In this document: piece by piece, positions 40,152-50,334 of the stretch
Layout: each line of letters opens with the position of its first letter
Numbering within the stretch: the stretch's first letter is position 1
Source of the DNA: Pyrinomonadaceae bacterium
GTDB taxonomy: Bacteria; Acidobacteriota; Blastocatellia; Pyrinomonadales; Pyrinomonadaceae
Assembly (NCBI GenBank): GCA_046313635.1
Contig: JBKBYA010000012.1
Location: 44,421-108,420 of the forward strand
DNA: 64,000 bases
Direction: 5' to 3'
The notes under the pieces: model-generated
Seen by the model: the letters and a program-made list of their open reading frames with translations, nothing else
Database searches by the model: none
What the model was told of the DNA's origin: nothing
Made by a program: the position numbers and the translations under genes

Positions 40152-40214
40152 AGGCGAGTGCGCGGTGCCCGCCGCTTTGGGCCGGGCGCCCGCGTGACGT
40201 TGCGATCGCAGCTA

Positions 40215-42122
40215 GTGTCCGACACTTTTCTTAATCCCGTATATCCACATTCATTTCCCGACCCGTTCGTTTTGAAGTTCGGGTCGGACTACTTTGGCTA
40301 CTGCACGGACTTTGCGGCCGACGGAAAAGTCTTTGGCGTGATCCATTCGCGCGATCTTGTGAATTGGGAATACCTCGGCGGCGCGATGCGACCGATCGAG
40401 GGCGAACATCCGATGTACTGGGCGCCCGAGGTCAGCTACGCCGACGGCACGTTCTATCTCTACTACAGCGTCGGCAACGAGACGCTGATGCAGATCCGCG
40501 TCGCGGTGTCTGACCGTCCCGACGGCGGGTTTGAAGATTCGGGGCACGTCCTGACGCGTGAGGATTTCGCGATCGACGCGCATGTCTTTCGCGATGACGA
40601 CGGGCAGCTCTACCTTTTTTACGCAACGGACTTTCTCGAGCACACGCACATCGGCACGGGCACGGTCGTCGACCGGATGATCGACCGCTTTACGCTCGAG
40701 GGACGGCCGCGGCCCGTGACGCGGGCGCGGTTCGATTGGCAGGTCTACGACCCGCAGCGAAAGGAAAAAGGCGGCGTCCGCTGGCACACCGTCGAGGGGC
40801 CGACCGTGCTCAAGCGCAAGGGCCGCTACTATGAGATGTTCAGCGGCGGCAACTGGCAAAACACGACCTACGGCGTGAGCTACGCCGTCACCGACGACAT
40901 CGACCGCGGCGACGAATGGGAGCAGCACGCCGACGGGCAGAATGTGCTGCCGATACTTCGCACCATCCCCGGCGTGATCGTCGGGCCGGGCCACAACTCG
41001 GTCGTTCGCGGGCCCAACAACCGCGAGCTCTACTGCGTCTATCACCGCTGGACCGAGGCCGGCCGCGTGCTCGCTATCGACCGGATGGACTTTAACGGCG
41101 AAGGGCTGTTTGTCGCCGGCCCGACGTCGGACGAGCAGCCCGCGCCGTTCAGGCCGGCGATCGACGGCATTCGACGCGATGAAGGATGGACGATCGACGG
41201 CGAATGGGAATTGTCCGATCGCGGCCACGCCGTATCGACAACCGACGAAGCGGCCGAGCTGCGAATGGATGTGCCGGAGTCGTTTCTCTGCGAATTCATG
41301 TTTCGCCAAGTCACCAGCGGCGATGCCGGGCCGGGCTTTGCTTTGCGCTCGGCCGCCGCGCAGCTCGACGTTTCATTCACTGGCGGCCGGTGCAGGGTCG
41401 CGCGCGGCGGAACTTTTGCGGACGTGACGCTCGCCGACGAATTCGATCCGACGGCGTTTCACATCGTTCGAGTCGAGGTCGATCACCTCTGGTGCAGGGT
41501 CGCGGTGGACGAAGCAAAAGTATTCGAGGGCCGGCTCGCCGAAGTGCCGAATGAGCTTGTGCTCTTGAGCGGCCCGGGACGTGCCGAATTTGCCGGCTTT
41601 GCGCTGACGCGCGACTCGCAGAACGATCTCGACCGCGACATCTCGCTCGAAGACTGCGGCTGGACGATCGACGGCGGCCAAGATTCCTGTCGCCTCGTCA
41701 AGAACGAGCTGATCCTCACGTCGCCCGCGGCGATCGTCCGCCGCGAGACATACGAGCGGCGTATAGAGCTGGCGGCAAACATTCGCGTCGACGCGCCGGG
41801 CGGTGCGGGCGAGCGGCAGTTTGGTTTCGCTCTCCTGGGCGTCGACGGTACGCGGCTGCTTGACGTCCGCGTCGGCAATTCGCGCGAGATACAGGTCGAG
41901 CACGCCGCCGGAACCGAGCGGTTTGCGATGCCCGAGGCGTGGAGTGCCGAGAGCTTTCACCAGTACCGCGTGCTTGTGCTCGGCGACGAGGCCTACGTCC
42001 GTCTCGACGGCGAACCGCTCGGCAAGGTCCTCGTCGGCGCGATGCCCGCCCTGCGGCCGGCGGTCTTTGTCGGCGGCTCCACGGCGATCGCGATCGATAT
42101 GCTCCGCGTGACCGCGGTCTAA
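40215..42122 (+). CDS. Glycoside hydrolase family 43 with C-terminal beta-sandwich domains
   Basis: FPDPFV; WAPEV; AIDAHVF; VEGP; GPGHNSV; start uncertain (GTG 40215). Confidence 0.88.
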   Translation: MSDTFLNPVYPHSFPDPFVLKFGSDYFGYCTDFAADGKVFGVIHSRDLVNWEYLGGAMRPIEGEHPMYWAPEVSYADGTFYLYYSVGNETLMQIRVAVSDRPDGGFEDSGHVLTREDFAIDAHVFRDDDGQLYLFYATDFLEHTHIGTGTVVDRMIDRFTLEGRPRPVTRARFDWQVYDPQRKEKGGVRWHTVEGPTVLKRKGRYYEMFSGGNWQNTTYGVSYAVTDDIDRGDEWEQHADGQNVLPILRTIPGVIVGPGHNSVVRGPNNRELYCVYHRWTEAGRVLAIDRMDFNGEGLFVAGPTSDEQPAPFRPAIDGIRRDEGWTIDGEWELSDRGHAVSTTDEAAELRMDVPESFLCEFMFRQVTSGDAGPGFALRSAAAQLDVSFTGGRCRVARGGTFADVTLADEFDPTAFHIVRVEVDHLWCRVAVDEAKVFEGRLAEVPNELVLLSGPGRAEFAGFALTRDSQNDLDRDISLEDCGWTIDGGQDSCRLVKNELILTSPAAIVRRETYERRIELAANIRVDAPGGAGERQFGFALLGVDGTRLLDVRVGNSREIQVEHAAGTERFAMPEAWSAESFHQYRVLVLGDEAYVRLDGEPLGKVLVGAMPALRPAVFVGGSTAIAIDMLRVTAV

Positions 42123-42330
42123 AACATTTCAACCCGACGCGATCAGGGCGCATCCCACCTGAGCGGGCCCGGGCGACGCGGCGAGAGACTCGTCGCCGGG
42201 AGCGACACTTGACCGACCACGGGTTGAATTATGCCGCACCGGCAATTAACATTTTCGACAGATCGCCCCCTCACATCGCGGGTCATACGGCACCGAGTCG
42301 ATTTGCCCGCCGCAGGTATTTCAGACAAGC

Positions 42331-43620
42331 ATGCAATTTGATCCACTCGGCGGCTCGGCCCGCGACTTTCTCTGGGCGGCCGGAATCGAAGACACCTTTG
42401 TCCCGCAGGTGAAGAACGGTCACCGACCGCTCGACGAGTACGAGCTGCTCGGCCATTACGAGCACTGGCGCGAGGACCTCTCGCTTGGCCGCGAGCTAGG
42501 TCTCAAGGCGATGCGCTGGGGCGTGCCGTGGTATAAGGTCGAGCCCGAGCGCGGCAAGTTTGACTGGTCGTGGACCGACGAGGTCGTGCCCTTTATCGTC
42601 GAAGAGCTCGGCATACTGCCGATCGTCGACCTGATGCACTACGGCACGCCCTTCTGGCTAAAACGCGAGTTTGCCAATCCTGATTACCCGAAGCGCGTGG
42701 CCAACTATGCCGCCGCATTCGCCGAGCGGTACCGGCACCTGACGAGCTGGTACACGCCGCTCAACGAGCCGATCATCAACGCCCTGATGTGCGGGATGCG
42801 AGGTCTGTGGCCGCCGTACCTCAAGGGCGAGAAGGGCTATATCCGCGTGATGATGCAGCTCGCCCGCGGCATCGTAAAGACCGTGCGGGCGATCAAGGCG
42901 ATCCAGCCCGAGTCGGTCATGGTGCACGTCGAGGCGACCGGCCTGACGCGCACCGCCCGGCAGGACCTCGCCGCCCTCGCACGCGAAGAGCAGCATCGCG
43001 GCTATCTGTGCTACGACCTCATCTCGGGCCGCCTCGATCAGGACCACCTGCTCTTTTCGTGGCTCGTGCGCAACGAGGTCTCGCCCGACGCCATCGACGA
43101 GCTCGCCGCCGAAAAGATCGATCTCGACGTTATCGGCATGAACTTTTACCCGCAGTGGTCGACAAAGCTGCTGCACATCGACAAGCGGGGCAAGCTCGTC
43201 TTCAGCGAGACCGAGCCCGAGGGCAACGGCTTTAAGGAGCTCATCACCGACTACTACGAGCGCTACAAAGTGCCCGTCATGATCACCGAGACGAGCGCCG
43301 TCGGCTCCGACGAGATCCGCGAACGCTGGCTCGAATCGTCGGTCTCGATGATCCGCGATCTGCGCGCGCAGGGCGTGCCCGTGATCGGCTACACGTGGTT
43401 CCCGCTCTTCACAATGATCGACTGGCGATACCGCTTTGGCACCGAGCCGCTCGAGCACTACTACCTCGAGCTCGGCCTCTATCACCTTAACCGCGACAAG
43501 ACGTCGTCCACCCGCTGGCTCCCGACCCCGCTCGTCGAAAAATTCAAACGCTACACCGCCGACCCGATAAGCTCCATCGGCGAACTCCGCGTCCCCGAGG
43601 AGGCACGGCTGGCAACCTGA
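42331..43620 (+). CDS. GH1-like (clan GH-A) glycoside hydrolase
   Basis: HYEHWREDL; DLMHYGTP; TPLNEP acid/base; MITET nucleophile; GYTWFP. Confidence 0.85.
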   Translation: MQFDPLGGSARDFLWAAGIEDTFVPQVKNGHRPLDEYELLGHYEHWREDLSLGRELGLKAMRWGVPWYKVEPERGKFDWSWTDEVVPFIVEELGILPIVDLMHYGTPFWLKREFANPDYPKRVANYAAAFAERYRHLTSWYTPLNEPIINALMCGMRGLWPPYLKGEKGYIRVMMQLARGIVKTVRAIKAIQPESVMVHVEATGLTRTARQDLAALAREEQHRGYLCYDLISGRLDQDHLLFSWLVRNEVSPDAIDELAAEKIDLDVIGMNFYPQWSTKLLHIDKRGKLVFSETEPEGNGFKELITDYYERYKVPVMITETSAVGSDEIRERWLESSVSMIRDLRAQGVPVIGYTWFPLFTMIDWRYRFGTEPLEHYYLELGLYHLNRDKTSSTRWLPTPLVEKFKRYTADPISSIGELRVPEEARLAT

Positions 43621-43744
43621 GCCGGCCGCGGGCAATCGAACCTCACAGCCAACAAAATCGCGGCATCCGGTCAGAGGCCGGATGTTTTGCTTTTTGCGCC
43701 GGAAAAACTTGAAGCCGGCAAGCCGTAACTTTTAACCTATTGAT

Positions 43745-44872
43745 ATGCTCTTTAACAGTTTCATCATGGGCGGTTTCGAGTGCTCTACGCACAGGGACGC
43801 GAGCGGGCGGAGGCTGGACCTGATCGCCTCGACCAGACACGATGAATTTGCAGAAGAGGATTACACCCGCCTGCTCGAGATGGGGATGGCGACCTGCCGT
43901 GACGGCGTGCGTTGGCACCTGATCGAGACCGAGCCTTACAAGTACGATTTCAGCAGTCTGCAGAGACAGATCGCGGCGGCCCGGCGGACGGGCATCGAGG
44001 TGATCTGGGACTACTTTCATTACGGGTTTCCGGACGACATCGATATCTTCAGCGCGGCGTTCCCGGAGAGATTCGGCGCGTTCGCAGGCGCGTTGACGAG
44101 ATTTTTGGTCGACGAATTGGGCCCGCGCGTTCTGGCGTGTCCGGTGAACGAGATCTCGTTCTTTTCGTGGATCGGCGGACAGGTCGGGCACTTTTACCCG
44201 TGCGAGCGCGGCCGCGGCAGCGAGCTCAAGCGTCAGCTCGTGCGAGCGGCCATCTCCGGAACGCGCGCCATCCGCTCGGTCGCGCCCGACTCGGTCATCA
44301 TGCTGACCGACCCGGCGATACACGTCGTCGCGGGCCGGGACGCTACGCCGCAGCGGCGTCGCGAGGCCGAGAATTACCGCCGCGCGCAGTTTGAGGCGTT
44401 TGATATGGTGCTCGGCCGCACCCATCCGGAGCTCGGCGGGTCAGACGACATGATCGACGTGATCGGGCTGAACTACTACTTTCACAACCAGTGGTATTAC
44501 CCCAACCGCCGAAAGATACCGGTCGGGCACCCGCGATATCGCCCGCTCGCCGACATTCTCGGCGAGTATCAGGAGCGCTACGGCAAGCCGATAATGATCG
44601 CCGAGACCGGCATCGAGGACGACGAGCGGCCCGAGTGGTTTCGCTACGTCTGCGGGCAGGTCGCCGAGGCCCGCCGGCGCGGCGCAGATCTGAACGGCGT
44701 CTGCCTCTACCCGATCTGCAATCATCCCGGCTGGGCCGACGACCGTCATTGCCACAACGGCCTTTGGGATTACGCAAACGAAAAAGGCGAGCGTGAGATA
44801 TACTCGCCGCTCGCCGAAGAGGTGCGTCGACAACACCCGCTTTTTTTGAAGCGGGCGGCCGCCGCCGCCTGA
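43745..44872 (+). CDS. Beta-glucosidase-like GH-A protein of the type found beside glf
   Basis: FIMGGFECSTHR; RDGVRWH; PVNEISF; IAETG; CLYPI. Confidence 0.8.
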   Translation: MLFNSFIMGGFECSTHRDASGRRLDLIASTRHDEFAEEDYTRLLEMGMATCRDGVRWHLIETEPYKYDFSSLQRQIAAARRTGIEVIWDYFHYGFPDDIDIFSAAFPERFGAFAGALTRFLVDELGPRVLACPVNEISFFSWIGGQVGHFYPCERGRGSELKRQLVRAAISGTRAIRSVAPDSVIMLTDPAIHVVAGRDATPQRRREAENYRRAQFEAFDMVLGRTHPELGGSDDMIDVIGLNYYFHNQWYYPNRRKIPVGHPRYRPLADILGEYQERYGKPIMIAETGIEDDERPEWFRYVCGQVAEARRRGADLNGVCLYPICNHPGWADDRHCHNGLWDYANEKGEREIYSPLAEEVRRQHPLFLKRAAAAA

Positions 44873-44875
44873 AGA

Positions 44876-46165
44876 TCAAGATACCGAATCGATATTCGTA
44901 ATGTCGGCACTCGCCGCGATGCCGCCGTTCGCGAGGCCTCCGTTCTTTGAACGGCCGTTGCCGTTCTTGAGCGTGGGGCGATTGCCGAGCGCCGCTGCCG
45001 CCGTCACCGGCAGCCCGTCGGCGTAGACCAGGCTGCGCCGCGACGGAACGGTGATGACGCTCGCCTCTTTGCGCTTGACTCCCTCGATCTTGCCGTAGAC
45101 GGTCAAGGCCTGCGCGACGATCTGGTCCATGTTGTAGTACTTGTACGTCGCAAGACGCCCGACGAAGTGTACGCCCTCCTCGGCATCGGCAAGCGCCTTG
45201 TACTTGGCGTAGAGCTCGGCATTCTCCGGCCGCGGGATCGGATAGTACGGGTCGCCCTCGGCACGCGGGTACTCGTACACGATGCTCGTCTTGTTGTGAG
45301 TCTGGCCGGTCAGGTACTTGAATTCGGTGATCCGCGTGTAGGGCTGATTCTGCGGGTAGTTGACCACCGGAGCTTCCTGAAAGGTTTCGACGTCGTGCGT
45401 TTCGTGTCTGAACTCGAGCGAGCGATACGGCAGCTTGCCGTAGCGATAGTCAAAGAACGAGTCGACCGGCCCTGTGTAGATCATCTCCTTGAACTCGATC
45501 TCGTCCATGATCTCGCGGTAATCGGTATTGAGCATCACCTTGATCCGCGGGCTGTCGAGCATATTCTCGAACATCCGCGTGTAGCCGTACTTCGGCATCG
45601 CCTGGTAATGATCGGTGAAGTAGCGCGAGTCTCGATTGGTGCGCGTCGGCACGCGTGCCGTCACCGACGCGTCGAGCTCCGACGGGTCGAGTCCCCACTG
45701 CTTGCGCGTGTAGCCGCGAAAGAACTTCTCGTACAGCTCGCGGCCGACGGCGTTGACGACGACGTCCTCGCTCGTCTTGACCGGCTCGCGATGCTCGCGC
45801 AGCGACTCAAAAAACTCCTTGCACTCCTGCGAGCTGAGATTCAGTCCGTAGAGCTTGTTGATCGTGTCGAGATTGATCGGTATCGGCACGAGCATCCCGT
45901 CGACGCACGCCAGCACGCGGTGCTGGTACTCGCGCCACTCCGTAAATTTCGAGAGATATTCAAAAACGTCCTGCGAATTGGTATGAAAAATATGAGGCCC
46001 GTATTTGTGAATGAGAATGCCCGCGTCGTTGTAATGATCGTACGCGTTGCCGCCGATGTGCGGCCGCTTGTCGCAGATCAAGACCCTCTTGCCCGAGCCG
46101 TTGGCGAGGCGTTCGGCAAGAACGCTGCCCGCGAAACCGGCCCCTACTATTAAATAATCAAACAT
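44876..46165 (-). CDS. glf: UDP-galactopyranose mutase
   Basis: MFDYLIVGAGFAG; HKYGPHIFHTN; YTRKQWG; GRLATYKYYNMDQ. Confidence 0.96.
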   Translation of the reverse strand: MFDYLIVGAGFAGSVLAERLANGSGKRVLICDKRPHIGGNAYDHYNDAGILIHKYGPHIFHTNSQDVFEYLSKFTEWREYQHRVLACVDGMLVPIPINLDTINKLYGLNLSSQECKEFFESLREHREPVKTSEDVVVNAVGRELYEKFFRGYTRKQWGLDPSELDASVTARVPTRTNRDSRYFTDHYQAMPKYGYTRMFENMLDSPRIKVMLNTDYREIMDEIEFKEMIYTGPVDSFFDYRYGKLPYRSLEFRHETHDVETFQEAPVVNYPQNQPYTRITEFKYLTGQTHNKTSIVYEYPRAEGDPYYPIPRPENAELYAKYKALADAEEGVHFVGRLATYKYYNMDQIVAQALTVYGKIEGVKRKEASVITVPSRRSLVYADGLPVTAAAALGNRPTLKNGNGRSKNGGLANGGIAASADITNIDSVS

Positions 46166-46211
46166 TTGTTTCCCCCCGGTGCTTGTTCTGTTAATTACTG
46201 AGTTCTGATCG

Positions 46212-47375
46212 TCAGGCCGGGACCGCGGCCATCTCTTTTGCTTGCCGTCTTGCGACCTCGTCGATGAGGTCTTCCATTTCACGCTGCGTCTTGTCCCATG
46301 AATTCGTCGATAAAAATTCCGCTGCCCTGGCCCGGTGCTCGTCGAGATCGAGCGATAGCGAGCGTTCGATAGCGGCGACAAATTCGTCGGGCGTCGAGGC
46401 GATCTCGACGAGCCGCTCTTCGCCGTACGGCCGCACGACGTCACGGACCGGCGTCGAGACGACCGGACGGCCGGCGGCGAGATATTCGGGCGTCTTGGTG
46501 GGCGAGATGAATCTGGTCGATTCGTTCATCGCAAATGGCATCATCGCCACGTCCCAGCCGCCGATGTACGCCGGCAATTCCTTGTAATCCTTGCCGCCGA
46601 GATAATGAATGTTGTCGCGTCGCGGCAGGTCGGCCGGGTCGATCTTAACGACGGGGCCGATCATCACGTAATGCCAATCTGGCCGCGCGTCGGCGATCGC
46701 GGCGAGCAATTCGATATCGGCGCGCTCGTCGATCACGCCCGCAAAGCCGATCCGCGGATGCGGGATAGAGCGCTGGTCGTCGGGCTCGCGGTCGATCGAC
46801 AGAGCCTGCGCAAAATGCGCTGCGTCGATGCTCGACGGAAAACAATAGACCGCGTCGTGCCGTTCGCGTTTGGCCTCGTACAGGCTGCGCCCGCCCGTGA
46901 AGACGAGGTCCGCTTTTTCGAATAATTGCTTTTCGCGATCGAGCAGCTCCGGCGGGGCGCCGCGAAACGCCGAGAGCTCGTCCATGCAGTCGTAGACGAC
47001 GGCCGACGGCTCCGACAGTTCGCTCGACCACGGGAGCATCATCGGCGTATAGAACCACGCCACGTACTCGCCGATGCCCTGCTCGTCAAACATTCTTCGA
47101 ACTAGCCCCGGCATCACATCGTCAGGGTTTGTGCCGGCGACGAGATGCGGCACCGCGATCGTGATCCGCTCGCTGCGCGGATGCAGTTCGAGCCGCGGCG
47201 TGCCGTCGGCGTCAAAGAACGGCTCCTCGATCAAGAAAACTCTGTGTCCGTTTGAAAAGCGAGTAAGTAAATGCTGCGGACGCTGAAAGACAAAGTCCCA
47301 GCGAAGATGGCAAAAAACGACAAGGTCGTAGCCTGTCGTGTGAGTGGTCGTGTTTTCAAAAGAGCTCGTGGTCAT
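46212..47375 (-). CDS. Glycosyltransferase (GT-B fold, glf-associated type)
   Basis: HLRWDFVFQRPQHL; YDCMDELSAF; ISPTKTPEYLAAGRPVVST. Confidence 0.9.
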   Translation of the reverse strand: MTTSSFENTTTHTTGYDLVVFCHLRWDFVFQRPQHLLTRFSNGHRVFLIEEPFFDADGTPRLELHPRSERITIAVPHLVAGTNPDDVMPGLVRRMFDEQGIGEYVAWFYTPMMLPWSSELSEPSAVVYDCMDELSAFRGAPPELLDREKQLFEKADLVFTGGRSLYEAKRERHDAVYCFPSSIDAAHFAQALSIDREPDDQRSIPHPRIGFAGVIDERADIELLAAIADARPDWHYVMIGPVVKIDPADLPRRDNIHYLGGKDYKELPAYIGGWDVAMMPFAMNESTRFISPTKTPEYLAAGRPVVSTPVRDVVRPYGEERLVEIASTPDEFVAAIERSLSLDLDEHRARAAEFLSTNSWDKTQREMEDLIDEVARRQAKEMAAVPA

Positions 47376-47550
47376 AAAACGTCTTATCAATCGTTAGGGA
47401 TCGCTGCCAGCGTGCGGTGCGGACCGACACCTGATCGAACGAGGTGACAAGCGCCACTCGTTCGATCTGTAAAGAGTCACCGTCGACCGCTGTTGCCTTT
47501 CCGGATCAACTGGCCGTCAGTGTCCGATTTCGCTGCATAGATGTTAATGG

Positions 47551-47566
47551 AGCGAATCGTGTGCCA
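47551..47566 (-). promoter_or_regulatory. Candidate sigma-54 (-24/-12) promoter for the GT-glf operon
   Basis: Minus strand TGGCACAcgatTCGCT; GG-N10-GC spacing. Confidence 0.45.
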
Positions 47567-47773
47567 ACCCGTGAATTCAACATTTACCGCCTCCGGCCTT
47601 GAGTCCGATGTATCGAGTCGCTACAAGTCGGCCCAGGCGCAAAACGGCGAGACAAGAACCGGTGAATGCGTAAGTGGAAGGGGCATTCAATGAAATGAGC
47701 TCTTGCCTCGCTGTCTCGTGCGATCGACGCCCGACGCTTGGACGATCGATCTTTGACTTTAAAAGATCGGCGA

Positions 47774-48643
47774 TCAGAAGACCGCGCTCTGCACCTTTGC
47801 GATCAGGGTGCCGCCGGCCGTCGCGGTCGAACGGCTGAATTCGGCATAGCAGCCGCAGCATCGCGACTCGAGCCGTTCGCGGTCCTTGACAATGATGTAC
47901 CCGCGGACGTAATCGATCAGCCCGTCGTCGCGCAGCGCCTGTGCGATGCAGGTTACGCTCGGCCGGTAGACGCCGAGCACGCGGGCGACATGCTCCTGGG
48001 TAAGTCTCAGACGATCGGTCCGGCAGCGGTCCTGCAGCATCAGCAGCCAGGTACAGAGCCGCTCCTCGACCGAATGATGAGCGTTGCAGGCAGCCTTTTG
48101 CGCGATCTGCCTGACGTATGAGCCGATCACGGTGCTGATCACGGGCTGGGCCGCATCGTTTGAGGTCAATTCGCGACGCAGCACCTCGGCCTGTATCTTG
48201 AGCACCGCTCCCGGAGCGCAGGCTTGGGTCCAGTTCGCTGCACGGCAGTCGCTGAAGATGCTGAGCAGCCCGACCGCACCCTCGCCGCCGGTCATCGCGA
48301 CCTCGATCGTGCGGCCGTCGTCGAGGATCTGAAATTCAGATATTACGGCCGTCTCAGGAAAGTAAACGACATCCATCGCCTCGTCCGGCCGGTACAGAAA
48401 CTCGTCGAGAGCGAGCTCGACGCGTTTGAGATGCGGCTGCAGACGCTTGAGCGTCGCGAGCGGGATGTGACGCAGTACCGCATTATCGCTCACCTCGCTC
48501 GCGATCGTCGTCTCGCAAACGTTAAATCCGACGGCGCCGTAACCTCGCTGACGAACCGCCGTCGCCTGTGCGGCCGTATTAAAGCCGCCGTTCTTGCTGT
48601 CGTGATCTCTTAGAGATGTATGTTCGATCTCATTAGCGCGCAT
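47774..48643 (-). CDS. Crp/Fnr family transcriptional regulator
   Basis: cNMP-binding-like region (VVYFPE...GGEGAVG); HSVEERLCTWLL; LTQEHVARVLGVYRPSVT HTH. Confidence 0.9.
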   Translation of the reverse strand: MRANEIEHTSLRDHDSKNGGFNTAAQATAVRQRGYGAVGFNVCETTIASEVSDNAVLRHIPLATLKRLQPHLKRVELALDEFLYRPDEAMDVVYFPETAVISEFQILDDGRTIEVAMTGGEGAVGLLSIFSDCRAANWTQACAPGAVLKIQAEVLRRELTSNDAAQPVISTVIGSYVRQIAQKAACNAHHSVEERLCTWLLMLQDRCRTDRLRLTQEHVARVLGVYRPSVTCIAQALRDDGLIDYVRGYIIVKDRERLESRCCGCYAEFSRSTATAGGTLIAKVQSAVF

Positions 48644-48689
48644 TCTTCCCCCATGTTTCTGTCAGGTCGAGGCAGTGTCGCCTCATACC

Positions 48690-49043
48690 TCAAACCAATT
48701 CCTTTCTGATATCCAGCATCACCAGGTTTGCCGGTGGATGCAGGTCGGTGTCGAACGCGCGTGTCATCAATACCTTTGCTTTGACCGTTTCGTTATCGAA
48801 TGAGCAGTCAAGTTTGAAGCTCTCCGCCGATCGGTGCCCTTGAACAAATTGCCGGAAATGGCGACGCAGGTCTTCGCCGCCGGAAAACAAGGCGTGCTCA
48901 AAAAAGTTCTGACCGACGATGGAGTCCTTGCTCCGAAAGGCGTCGCCCCCCGAATTAGGCCTCCAATAACGTACGGTTCCAGAATCATCGAGCTCAAAAA
49001 AGCCGAAAAGCTCGTCGGACGCAAGAGTGCCGGTGGAATCCAT
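48690..49043 (-). CDS. Small PAS protein resembling photoactive yellow protein but lacking the chromophore Cys
   Basis: GGAGGA RBS; LFGFFELDDSGTVRY...IVGQNFFEH resembles PYP FGAIQLD..G.IL.YN...VIGKNFFKD. Confidence 0.55.
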   Translation of the reverse strand: MDSTGTLASDELFGFFELDDSGTVRYWRPNSGGDAFRSKDSIVGQNFFEHALFSGGEDLRRHFRQFVQGHRSAESFKLDCSFDNETVKAKVLMTRAFDTDLHPPANLVMLDIRKELV

Positions 49044-49274
49044 CTGTAAGTCCTCCAAATTTCGTACTGGAACTGTACACTTGGCAGTGAATAGCAGAGC
49101 GAGTTGCAAATCTGCGGCCAAAAATGTCGTCGAGAATACAAAACCCTGGGGACGATCGCTGTCATCCGGTATTCGGGATTACGGAGATGCGGCCGGCGCT
49201 GATTTATATTTTTTTGAGAAAACTTTTGCCGCCGCCCTGCGAACGGGCGGCTTTGTGCGTCAGTGTCCGAAACT

Positions 49275-49871
49275 ATGTCAGACAAGTACAACGGAATGGC
49301 CGAGCACGAGTCGAACGGGCGAGCAGGGACGGCGCTCGTATTGATCGACCTGGTAAGCCGATTTGATTTTGAGGATGGCGAAAAGCTCTTTGAATACGCC
49401 TTGCCCGCCGCGCGCAGGCTCGTTAACTTAAAAAGCCGCGCAAAGGCCGCCGGCCTGCCGGTCGTTTACGTGAACGACAATTTTGGGAAGTGGCAGGAGG
49501 ATTTCAAGGCGATGGTTCGCGAGATCCTCGACGGCAGGTCGCGAGGCCGGGAGATCGTCGAGCTGCTGAGGCCGGATGATGATGACTTTTATGTGCTCAA
49601 GCCGCAGCGTTCGGCATTCTTTTCGACCACGCTCGAACTGCTGCTGCAAAATCTGGGCGTCCGGCGCCTCATCTTCGGCGGGGTCACGACGGATATCTGC
49701 ATCTTGAACTCGGCGATCGACGCTTATATGCGAGACTACGAGGTCGCCGTGCCGCGCGACTGCGTCGCTGCGGTCGAGCCGGAGTTTAGCGGCGAAGCGC
49801 TCAGGCTGCTCGAGCGCACGGTCAGGGCCGACACGCGCCCGTCTGACGAGGTCGAACTCGAGGCTCGGTAA
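49275..49871 (+). CDS. Isochorismatase-family cysteine hydrolase
   Basis: TALVLID; LKPQRSAFF; GVTTDICI (D-K-C triad). Confidence 0.9.
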   Translation: MSDKYNGMAEHESNGRAGTALVLIDLVSRFDFEDGEKLFEYALPAARRLVNLKSRAKAAGLPVVYVNDNFGKWQEDFKAMVREILDGRSRGREIVELLRPDDDDFYVLKPQRSAFFSTTLELLLQNLGVRRLIFGGVTTDICILNSAIDAYMRDYEVAVPRDCVAAVEPEFSGEALRLLERTVRADTRPSDEVELEAR

Positions 49872-49993
49872 AACTTCAGCGCGGCGACGGAGCTTAGGCT
49901 CGTTTTCGGTGACGAGCGGCTCGACGGCCGGCGCGTCCACGCGTCTCTCGCTCCCTAGCCCGGTCGTTTTTGTCGTTCCCGCCGCAGCTCGTT

Positions 49994-50233
49994 CTACTCG
50001 ATGACAAAGCCGCGGTTCTGCGCCATGCCGCGCATCTTCATCGCGAGGTCGTCGTCGATCTCCTCTGAGCCGTCGAGCATCGCTTTGAGATCTTCTTCGC
50101 GACGGCCGAGTGCCGTCGCGGCGCCGTTAAGGTCGCTCTCGAATCCGTTATCGATAAAAAGCCTCAGCATCTGGCGGGCCTTGTCCTGACCGGTCACGCG
50201 GTCGTCGACATAATTTTCTTGTGGCGAAGTCAT
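49994..50233 (-). CDS. Small hypothetical protein, possibly HTH
   Basis: 79-aa ORF with normal composition; AATALGRREEDL helix pair. Confidence 0.55.
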   Translation of the reverse strand: MTSPQENYVDDRVTGQDKARQMLRLFIDNGFESDLNGAATALGRREEDLKAMLDGSEEIDDDLAMKMRGMAQNRGFVIE

Positions 50234-50334
50234 TGGCAAAAGAGTAAGAGACCGTCGCGGCAACTGTTTGTCGGCGAGAAGACAGAACTTGCGGGCGCCG
50301 GGCGTCGATGAGGTCACTCCGCTATCATTCAACT

